The notes under the pieces were generated by a model that was not told the origin of the DNA, did no database searches, and saw nothing but the letters and a program-made list of their open reading frames with translations. The translations under genes were made by a program, and so were the position numbers. From Nemertoderma westbladi (taxonomy: Eukaryota > Animalia > Xenacoelomorpha), in contig JAUCBJ010008050.1 in assembly GCA_032718475.1 (NCBI GenBank), positions 100,045 through 164,044 of the forward strand: a stretch of DNA of 64,000 bases. The letters are read 5' to 3'. Below, piece by piece: positions 12,163-23,000 of this stretch (positions within the stretch are counted from its first letter, which is position 1; the number at the start of each line of letters is the position of its first letter).

Positions 12163-14234
12163 ATTAGTAGACCCAATTAGTAGACCACAATTCAACACAG
12201 TTGCTCAAATGCAATGGAGTTCATAATTTAAACACAAAAGCAGATTAATTGATGCAATAATACACAGAAACAAAATGGCATTTTACAGAATTTGATAAGA
12301 CACTAAAAATAGCAGAGATATCGTTTTTTTCAGTTTATAAAATATTCGAAATATCGCTGTGATGTATGTGTAATTTAATATAATTTGATATACAGGAGTA
12401 AATAATATTTGGTATAGTGAGTGAGTCAGTTGGTTGTCAGTTTGTGACTTAGATAGTAAGTGAATTGTTCAGTCAGTGAGTCAGTCTCAGTAGAAGGTCA
12501 TTCAGTAAGATGAGTAGTAGGTTTGTCAGTCAGTGGAACAGACACTCAATGAATTTGTCAGTGATTTCGTTTGCCAGTGAGTGTATAATGTTTCAAGTGA
12601 ACTAAAACAAATTTTATTTTGGCTGTTACGCAAAGCATTATTCACAAAGTCTGATGATTTATTGCCAGTGCATTCAATGCAGAACTATACTCCCCAGAGG
12701 ACTTTCTCTATACTCAACAGAGGAATTTTGTACTGGTTTAGCTACCACTCAACCCTAGGGTTTGACTTTTGAGCGTAGGCGTAGCACCCCTGGTTTTAAA
12801 GTAATTTTGGTGTCATGAAAAATACCGTAAAATCTGTGACTGCCAGCTCTTATATAATGGCCTGCATAGCAAAAAAAAATTTTTTTTAATACTTTATCGA
12901 GCTCCTTTATTTAACACCTAAAAATGTGTTCTAGAAAATTTTGTTAATAATAATAATATAATAATGGTCTTTTATTCCTTAACTTGTGGATTTATCTAAA
13001 TAAATTGCACAAGGCAGCCTTGGCAGCGGAATGCTAGACTGATGGTTGGAATAGGCGTCATTTTGCGAGTGGCGGATCAGCCGTCGCCATCTTATTGTAC
13101 TGTACAGTATTACAGTAGAACACAAAGTTGATTAACAATACATACATACCGGTATAACTAAATATAATTAAATGAAATATACAACAATACACCATGTTCT
13201 GGAATATAGTGTCGTTATTCAGGTACCTGGACCCCCCCCCCCCCCCCAAAAAAAAAAAATTTGTTCTACAAATCTTAATGAGATTGCATGAAGTTTAAAA
13301 TAGTGGAGTGATAGTTCCACCTCCCTCCTCCTTCGTGGGTGAGCCAGAATTTTTATTTTTGCTTTCAATCTTTAGCTACAAGCGTTTAAAAAAGGTGTCT
13401 CCGGTGATATTTCACCAGTTACAACGCAGTTATTCTTTAACCTTATAGTGATTTGTTGGTACTGATTGAAAGCTGGCCATGTAAGGATTCAAAATATGTA
13501 ACATAATCTAAATTTCGTTGAAAAATAGCTGAGACATGAGCGTTAAACATTTGCATGGTTTGCATCTGCATGAGGCTATTTTATTCTATTAAATAAAAAT
13601 GCCATATTCTAGAACATTATACGTAACAGTAATAGTAATACACAACAGTAATACTAACCACTAACACTAATATACTCTATCCTCATTTCATTATATAATT
13701 ATGTAACAGTATTATTAGTATGCTATATGCTGTATTTCACTTCTTATATTGTAAAAGGTTTTTGCGGACATAATAAGTCATTTTACGCAATGCGCTAAAT
13801 ACTCTAAAGGGACTTATAATTGTACAACTACGCGCCTGTCAAGAAACACAGAGTTGGGACATGACGAAATCTACCTGCTGTTTCTTTGTGTGAGAATATT
13901 CTTTGTTGACATATATTTTCAGCCAATCAGAGCGATCTCCCCTTTTTGTTTACAGCAGCCTACGGGAGATGACACAATAGGCAGTTTTTCCTAGAATCCT
14001 ACTTCATTCAGGATTCATTCGGAAGTTCTGACGTTTCAGACTTTGCCCTAAACATCAGAGGCTAGAGTCATAAGAACGCAAATCTATTAACATAACACTG
14101 CATACCGCACCTACTGACTGACTGACCTGAACAATTCACTGACTCTTTTCACCGCACTGCCTTAATGCTGTTTTATATTGTTGTTAATTGCTGTTTATAT
14201 TGATGGATGTTATATTCGGAGAATACTGATAAAT

Positions 14235-16099
14235 GTTGAGAGGAGTTGTAACATCAGACCCAACCCCCCACAGTTATATGGCAACCCGAAGATGCATAAA
14301 ACTGACAACCCCATGCGACCAATCACAGCGGCAACAGGATCAGCCATTGAAAAACCAGCCCGGTTTTGCTGCCAGATACTCAGCCAACTGGTAGAACTCA
14401 TCCCGGGACGGTTAAAAAACTCTATCGACTTCATGGATAGGGTTAAACGACTACCCCCGTTAGACCCAGGCGACATTTTGTTCAGCCTGGATATAGTGGC
14501 TATGTACACTAACATCCCGGTGGATGACACGGTTGAAATAGTAACTGAATTCCTTTCAATACACCACACCAAAATTAATATGTTTGGGATCACCGTACCA
14601 GAGTTTTACGGGCTATTTAAATTATGTACTGAATTTTATTATTTTCAGTTTGATGGGAATTTTTATAGACAGCTATCGCGATTAGGCATGGGGGATAGGT
14701 TAGCAGCACCGTGCTCACAAATTTTTATACACGCGAAGGAAACAAAATTTCTAGCTAGTTATTTTCTGCAGCCGGAGTGCTGGATGCGATATTACGATGA
14801 CGGTTGGTCGCAGTGGAAGCACAGGGAACCGAACTGAGTAACTTTCTAGAATTCCTTGAACACTTGCCACCCGACCATCAAATATACGATGGAATTTTCA
14901 TTTGACCGATTGCCATTTCTTCACGTCGTCACCACTATTAACAACAGTGGGAACATTGTTTTCGAGCTATACACAAAACCCTTGAATGTTGGAGTGATGA
15001 TAAACTTTAACAGCCACCACCCGAAAAGCGCGATTTTTAACACCGCTCGCAGCGCACTACAGCGAGCCTTATCGCGGGGTAGCACACCGGAAGGGAAGGC
15101 GAGGGGTAGTAACAAAATTAGGGAAACTCTAATTAACAACGACTTCCCTTTAGAGGTGGTCAGCAAACTTACCAAGCAAGTGGAGCAGGGGAGGAACTCT
15201 CGCGCTAACCCAGCTAGAAATAGCAAATTAACACCGGTGGTCCTGCCCTATATTAATGAGCAGGTACTATGTAGGGTTAAGCAAGCGGTACAAGAGTCAC
15301 CATTCGCTAGCACGGTTAGAGTAGTCTCATCTACGGGATCCAAACTTCGTAACATTTTAATAAAAACTAACATTGACCCCCCAACATGCCCAGCACCTAA
15401 GAACGCGGAATGCTACACCTGTGGGCACGGCGTCCATAAGTGCACCACCAGAAATGTGGTCTACAAGGTGGCCTGACCAGTTGTGGTGCGGACTACATTG
15501 GAGAGTCATATGACTGAGTGCGTGGGCGGGTAATGTCCCATAGGAATGCAATCCGTAACGGGAACCCTAAGAACGAAAGTGGCGTAGGCGCACACTTTGT
15601 TACACATCACCCTGACTTAGCACAAACCCAACACCCAGTAACAGTATCCATAGTCAAGAAAGCAAGAGACTACATTGACCGAAAACTCACTGAGAAAGTA
15701 CACATAGCACACAACACACCAACCATGAATACGCAGCACTTTAGGGAACACGACGCAGGGTGGTGAACGATTGATTACTGATTATGGTGCAATTAATTTA
15801 GTGTTTGGAATATTTGCAATTTATTTGTAACTTTGTAGATTATGGTGTAGTTTATTGGGTATAGGAACTACCTACAGTAGATGCCCGCCGCAGCCCCAAC
15901 ACACAATGGAGCAACTACTGTAGCTAGGCCTAGACCTTGGATCATACGGTACAGCCTTCAGTACATACATACCGGTTGTGTTTCTGTATTGTTTGTTACT
16001 CGAGACCTATCAACGAGCTAGTAAAAGGCCTGTGGCCGAAATATTGCTCAATTTGTCAATTTTGGTTACTTGACGGTCAGTCTCCCCTTATCTATTATT
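14235..16099 (+). mobile_element. 5'-truncated, degenerate Penelope-like element (RT + GIY-YIG endonuclease), 13-bp TSD
   Basis: PQLYGNPKMHK, PMRPI, SLDIVAMYTNIP, GMG, RYYDD, LPFL, LPY, NVVYK..(frameshift)..YIGES, R..SH. TSD aatactgataaat at 14222-14234 and 16100-16112. Confidence 0.92.
16015..16049 (+). ncRNA. Minimal hammerhead-ribozyme-like motif (non-canonical core) in the Penelope 3' pseudo-LTR
   Basis: gagc-tagtaaaa-ggcc(tgt)ggcc-gaaa-tatt-gctc: stem I, stem II, GAAA and palindromic aatatt as in PLE minimal hammerheads; the CUGANGA box is altered. Confidence 0.5.
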
Positions 16100-16686
16100 A
16101 ATACTGATAAATAATCGTAAACCCCTCAACTTTCTTAATTACTGAGGTAAGCAGAAGGGTGTACCATTACTAATTGTGGGCTCAATTTATAGTGGTTTTG
16201 GTGTGAAATAAATGCTATTTCATAATACCTACATATGTCAGTTGCAACCCTCCTTATATATGATCAAAATCAGTGACAGTCGGAAAATCAGTGCGTATTA
16301 GTGTGAATTAGTGTGAAGTAGTGTGAAGGTTAATAAAGCATTCCTAAAGAATGCGCCATTTGCGATACCTTATAGCTTCTAGTTGTAATTAATGTAAGTC
16401 ATAACTATGTTTGATACTTAAAGCACCACGTCCAAAAGGAACTGTTAATATTTCCCCAAAAGTAAATATAGTTGTTGGAGATTATATAGCAGCGATCAAT
16501 CTGATAATACAAAGTAGCCTACTGCAATAACTTTCTCTATAACCGAATCCAGTCTCCCACACTGTGGGTCATACGCCGCGCATAGACTGGTATCAACTGA
16601 TGTCAATTGGCAAGGGCAATAGTCGATTCAGGAGACACTTAAATTAGCAGGTTAAACTGTTAAGGTCTAAAAGCGCGAACATTAAT

Positions 16687-17860
16687 TGTAAAAGCTTTTG
16701 CGTAATTAACCGGTTATTCTCCCGTAAAGTACTCTGTAGTTGGTTTACCAGGCAGAAAAAGGCCGTGTCCTTACTGTACTGGTGTTTTAGAGGACATAAA
16801 AGTCATTTCTTCTGTATTTGTACTTTAGAGGACATAATCCGCAATCTCGTGACGCAATAAGCTAGATCCTCTTGAAAACAGTGTCGCTACCATGACGACG
16901 GCTAACAGCTGATATTGCCACGTCGACATTTCTTTGTTTCTTTGTTCTCTCGTTGCTCGGTCGACCAATCAGAGCGTTTTTTGTCTCTGTGTTGGAGTTG
17001 GATACAGAAACTCAGTAGTTCAGTGTTATCTTTTTGCCCAGAGCCTAAGAACGTCGGCTTTTGGCACCTCCGTGTTTCAGTCTTTAGCTTAACATTAGTA
17101 GGCTTAATTATAGAACGTATATCCGTTATCTTACTCAACAAACCGAGTTATCATACAAAAACTCAGTTAACTCACTTAATAATCATTCATACCTTAACTT
17201 TACTGCTTTTACTGTCGGTTATTCATTATATTGGTTGATGAAATATTATATCGGAATACTGATCAATAGTCAGACACCCCACCTTCTTGATATACTAAAG
17301 GTTAGAGAGACCGGTTACAGATAAACGATTGCGACCTATGTTAAGTGGTTTGAAGTGAATCTAATGCTGTTTCATAGGCCCGACATAAATTGTATGTTGC
17401 TCTCTTTATACGTGACTAAATTTAGTGAAGGTCGGCAGATTAGTGTGCAGTATTGTGCAGCATTGTGTATGATTGTAACTGATAACAAAGCATCTCCTAA
17501 AGAATGCGCCATATACGTGAATCTATAGCCTTTTCGTTGTGTCTAGTTTAAGTCATAACTCTGTTTACATATTTAGAGCGCCACGTCCTAAAGGAACTGT
17601 TAATATTTCCCGAAAGTGAATAATATTTGTCAGAGATTATATATAACGATCAGTCGAATAATACGGTAGGCTTACACCATCAATCATTAAGCTTCCGAAT
17701 TCAGTTTCCCGGGTATATCCAGCGGGTGAATGATTGCGCATAGACTGGCTTCGGCTAATGTAGTGTATCAAATACTCGTCATAGGCTAAAGACTATATAT
17801 CATCTAAAAGACATCCTAATTTGGCAGGTTAAACTGTCAAAGGTCTTAAAAGCGCAAACA
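16687..17860 (+). repeat. 5' LTR of BEL/Pao copy 1 (1174 bp)
   Basis: Direct repeat of 34158-35350; differs by a 19-bp indel and about 4 substitutions seen by eye. Confidence 0.96.
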
Positions 17861-18159
17861 ATAACAGATATTGCTTCTGGATTGCGGCGTATGCAATTAA
17901 GTCTAAAGTACCGGTACCGGTCGAACGGTAACCTGTACTGCTGTAACCAGTAGGCCTGACTGCCTGATCATCCGAACCGGTACTTACAGTACAGGTACAG
18001 CAGTATTATTCGATTTGATTATTATATACCGGTAGGTCTTAATAATTAATCGGGGACGCCTGGTTTTTATTGGGATTTTACTTAGGCCTATTTCTGTCAG
18101 TTTTATTTATTTGTAAGCCAGTATTGAGCAGAAGGCGTGTAAGCCTGCTCAGATTGTAC

Positions 18160-18740
18160 AGATAATTTGTAGGCTTGACTGTTGTCTAACTGTTGTTAAG
18201 TCTGAACGGATTGCAGTGTGTGTAGAGCATCTGTCCGATGAAGTGCTAGTTAGGAAAGTAGGGGCTTCAAGTGCTGTGAGGTAAACCCCCTGTGAAAGAA
18301 TAAGTCGTACTACTGGGTTAGAACGCATACTAACTAATCATTTCGGAGTCTGCATATACTGTAGTGTATTTGGGCTTGATAGTAGTCTGCCATCGTTTGG
18401 TCTGTACTTTGTTTGTGTAGTCTGTACGGGTAGCGTATAATTTTATTTAGATAATTTGTAGGCTGGATAGTTGTCTGGCTGTTGTTGGGTTTGAGGAAAT
18501 TTCGGTGTGTGTAGAGCATCTGTCCGATAAAGTGCTAAGTTAGGAAAGTAGGGGCTTCAAGTGCTGTGAGGTAAACCCCCTGTGAAAGAATAAGTCGTAC
18601 TACTGGGTTAGAACGCATACTAACTAATCATTTCGGAGTCTGCATATACCGTAGTTTGTTTAGGCTTGATAGTAGCCTGTCAGTATTTGGTCTGCATTTT
18701 GTTTGAGTAGTTTGTACGCGTAGCGTAATATTTATTATTC
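18160..18740 (+). repeat. Two tandem ~291-bp units in the 5' leader of copy 1
   Basis: ataatttgtaggct starts at 18162 and 18452; central ~110 bp identical. Homologous doublet at ~49020-49580 in copy 2. Confidence 0.9.
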
Positions 18741-20072
18741 AGAGTTTATGCGATTATTCGCAACATTCATATCCCCAAGTTTATTCCTACAGTAATTGTG
18801 TTTGTTATACATACCGTTATAGTTAAACTAACCCCGGTACTACATCAGGGCTGCTCGGCGTAGGTAAAGACTGGAGATTTTATGCTTTGGTCACTCCGGC
18901 AGATACCGTGGTTCTTTTAGCTGTTCAAGTATTTTTAACTACTGATTATTTGTTGTACAAGTACTTGTACCTAATTTAGGGTTTAGTGTACAGTACTTTC
19001 CGAGGGTGATTAGTGTGTAGGCAGTATATTTGTGTTGTAAAGTGGTTAATAGGCACGTTGGTTCTGGTAGACCGCGGTAATTAACTTCTGGGTAGGAACA
19101 CTCCGTGATACATAACGTAGTACCTATAGCGATACGGCTATAGGTCGTCAGACGGTGGTATTTTCCTATCTGGACAGCGCAGTATACTTACTACTACTTA
19201 TTATTTTCAAATACCGTAGTAACCTGTCCGTTGTAATAACCAGATATTCTAACCCTTTGTTAGGCTGGTTAGTAGACTTCTTGTAAAATTACCCTAAAAA
19301 ATTCGTATTTGTGTATTTGTAATTAAATTTTTGTGTTTATTTAGAGATTGTAATCTCAACCCGAATTGTACGTAATTTGTAGTATTAAGTAACTTAGGTA
19401 AATTAGAATTATTTGTTTTAGTGTCTAACAAGTAGCACTCCACTGAGAGCGCACAGCTTATGTGTAGTGACTCCCCCAGAAATAATAACATTTATTTCAA
19501 ACATTGACAAAACCCATTAAACGGGTATATATATATTATAAATCAACTCAAACGATTTATAAATAGTAGGCCTGCCATATAACAATTAGGTCTCAATATC
19601 AGTTGGACTACTGCTTAAATAACGGCGATAAAGTAAGTTAAAGTAACCAAGTAGCCCTTAAAATTCAGAAATTCAATTATTCTAAAATAATTGATATACC
19701 GGTATTTACAATAGGCTTATTATTTTATTTTATAAATATAGGATGAAATCATACCGGTATTCTGTAATTAATTCTAGTTAATAATTATACTTATATATAC
19801 TATAAGTGTAAACTGCATACCGGTATCCACGATAGGCCTATTATATATTTATATATATTTGTGCTAAAATTATATACCGGTATTCTGTGAAAAACCTAGT
19901 CTGTAATAATACTTATATATACCATAAGCATACCGGTATTCTAATATTATATATATCACGCTACACTGAGTAGCAGTATCGGTAATTAATTACTAGGCTA
20001 GCAGTTAATGCTGAATTACTAGACTTGCTTAGACTGTAATATAGCAGTAGGCATTCAACTGTGCAAACAAAC

Positions 20073-23000
20073 ATGTCTGATACTAAGCAGAACCTGTCAG
20101 ACAGTTTATTAGATGTAACTATCTGCGACTCAGATAAGGGTGTAGAACCGTCTACACCTAAGTTCAGTTCACCTCCCACTGTGAGGAAGGTCATCCCTCC
20201 AGTAGTAATAACAGAACCGAGGCTGGTCCAACATCGTAGGTCTATCATAGGCACTCGAGCTCAGGTCAAGCGGGACCAAGACGCAGCGGAACAGCAACAA
20301 CCCGCGAGCCAAGAACTTATTTCTCAGCGGCCCGACAGCTCCAGTAGTGAGGATACTGTAGAGCTGACACCCGAGCGCGGAGCAAGGATGACGGATGCGG
20401 TTTATTCGGATCCCCTTCTCATCCTTCCTGCAGCCGTACTCACTAGGTTATTGATTGCGGTGGAAGAACACCAGATCGATTGGGCGAGAAGTAAGCGATC
20501 AACTAAAGATAGTTATGAGGGATACACAAGGGAAGAACTGAAGTCTATGGTCGAGTCGCAATGGAACTTCCCCGGACCCGGACTCCCGTTTGATTTATCA
20601 GAAGCTGCCTGGGAAGACATACACCGGATGGGAGTAGCCAAGGAAACCATCGATCCAGCTGTGTGGAAGAGGTCCGCAGCCGGATACGCACAGGGATTCT
20701 TCAGCTCTATGGAGCGAGTAAAAGAACAACTGTTTCAACAACCTCAAGGACCTCAAGAGCAGGGACAACTGCTTTATCAAGTTAGAGAAAGAATTCTGCG
20801 AATTAGGCTAATCTTATCGGCCTTTGAGGAGGCTTCTAAAAGAAGACAAGACACGTCGTTGCAAGTTGCCGTAAAGACTTGGTTTCAACGGGTGAGTCTC
20901 CAAGTTCAAGGAACGGCTCAGTGGAAAGCTCAGCTGGAGGAGCGCTCAACCCATGGAGAATCAACAGACGCTACTTTTTCCCAAGTGGAAAGTGAAGCGA
21001 CGGCAGAGAACCCGCATAAGAGGGATGCCATTGATATCTATCTGTCAGACTATCAACGTTTCTTAGGTGATGAAGAGTTGAGGAGAAGGTTGGATGGACT
21101 TAACCCTAATAGTGAAGGAGCACAGCGTGTGCTTGACGCCATCGACGTGGATAGGTTAGCGGCGAACCAAGCTAAATTCGATGAACAACTCCGCATCGCT
21201 AGAGACCAAGAAGAAAAGGTGAAGAAAAAACGCATAGAAGACAGAAAGAAAGCAGCAGTAGCAGCTGCAGAAGCCGAAAGGAAAGCAGCCGAAGAGGAAA
21301 GTAAAGCAGCCGAAATGGAAAGAAAAGCGGCAGCGGCAGCGGCAGAGGCAGAAGCGAAAAGAAAAGCGGCAGCGGCAGAGGCAGAAGCGAAAAGAAAAGC
21401 AGCCGAAATGGAAAGAAAAGCGGCAATGGCAGCGGCAGAAGCAGAGCGGATAGCGGCTGAAGAGATCGCCCAATTAGAATTGGAAAATATTCAGGAGAAT
21501 CAAGACTGCATAAATAAACAGTTAACAGCTAGTAATATGCAGATGATGAATCGATCTACTCCCAAAAGACAGGGATATACATCATCTGAGGAAGGCGATA
21601 CAACAGATCCTGAAGGCGGAGGAAATAGATCTCGTTCCAGTAGGCGTAGAAGAACGCCCCACCGTCAGAAATTGCCTAATTTGCCCCCAGCTGTGAGAAG
21701 GCAACTAGCTAGCACAGACTTAGGTAGTACAGAACCCACAGACCAAATTATTAGAGTAGAAAGACTCCCTACTATAGTAGATGAGCCTGAAATAATTAGG
21801 CCTGTTCTCGAAGCCACCCCTTCTGTGATAGAGACCCCTGTACTTCCAGAACCTAACTCTAAATTCCCTTTACACAGTACTAAACTACCTGTATCCAGTA
21901 GGACAGTTCCTCAGTCAACTCCGGTCCTGGATGCCGAGCGAGACATTAACAATTTGTCACCCGTCGTCCCTCGTCTACCCGCTACTATGTTGGCGGCTCC
22001 CGCTTCGGCGGTAGAGTGGGTGGATGAGCGACCGCGGGGGATGGATATTCTCCTCGGGCAGATGGAGGAGAATCAGGCACGCTCCTCCCAGCAGGTCCGA
22101 GAGTTGGAGGGGACTGTTCAACAGTTAAGGGGAACAGTAAGAGAGAGTAGGTTAGAATTGCAGGAAGTGCAGCAGAGTATCGCGTTAGAACGCGATAAGT
22201 TAGTAAATCTACAAAAGGGTATACCACCACCCTCTGTAACAATGTGTCAACCTGTTAGGTCTGAAGTATTTCATGCGCAAGGTGTGGAGCCTACACGCAT
22301 CTATACTGCTAGTGAAGTAGAAACTCCTATAGTAAACCCTATTAAGGGTAATTATAAACCTGTTGACAATGATATTCCATATAGACCTGATCATAATCCG
22401 AGAAATTTATATACCGATAACTCGATATTAAATAACACGATGGCCCAAGAAAGTTTTACGCGTCAAATGGCTAGAACCGAAGCCCGTCAAGCGGTAAAGG
22501 TGAGAGAGATTGTCAAGTTCAACGGAGATGAGATGAAATGGTTACCTTTTAATGAATATTATAAAGATAACATACAGAACTCTGTGCTATCTAACGGAGA
22601 GAAACTTAGATTCCTCATCGAGTGCTTGGAAGGATCTCCCAAGTTAATGGCGTTAAAGTTTATTGGACATCCAGATGGATTAAGACAAGTTTGGGATTCA
22701 CTAAACATCAGGTATGGTAATAGGAATAACATAGCTAAGTATTTGTATGCGAAATTGGTAGCGCCCCGAAAGTTTCTTAGCACCGGGATTATAGAATTTT
22801 CCGATGAGATCCAGGAGATTTGTAGACAATTAGATTGGCTAGGTAAGTCTCATGAGTATCAGAGTTCTATGGTTATTGGAGCTGTAGCATCTACCTTGCC
22901 AAAGGGTGGAGTGGGTACTCATTGGGACAAAAGAGTTCTGTATATGATGGAACAACAACGAAGATACCCTACCATGGCTGATCTCCTGTCATTCTTAGAT

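Larger units (their letters stand above)
13750..16681 (+). mobile_element. Orphan (solo-like) LTR of the BEL/Pao family, ~1.05 kb, split by a Penelope insertion
   Basis: Starts TGTAAAAG and ends AAAGCGCGAACA like the LTRs at 16687 and 51257. Shared blocks: ggacataa.aagtcattt, ccaatcagagcg, cctaaagaatgcgcca, ccacgtcc.aaaggaactgttaatatttcc, gcaggttaaactg. Confidence 0.88.

Noticed and set aside
12410-12585. Degenerate (TCAG/TGAG)n tract
   Set aside because: Ordinary decayed simple repeat with no further structure visible.
16915-17238. Small ORFs in LTRs (16915, 34386, 39418, 50370)
   Set aside because: Not conserved between LTR variants; the 19-bp indel shifts frame between sister LTRs; no recognisable motifs.
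17861-17875. PBS complementary to a tRNA-Asn half (shared TAACAG)
   Set aside because: Only 6 nt match the anticodon loop; following bases do not continue the complementarity in either copy.
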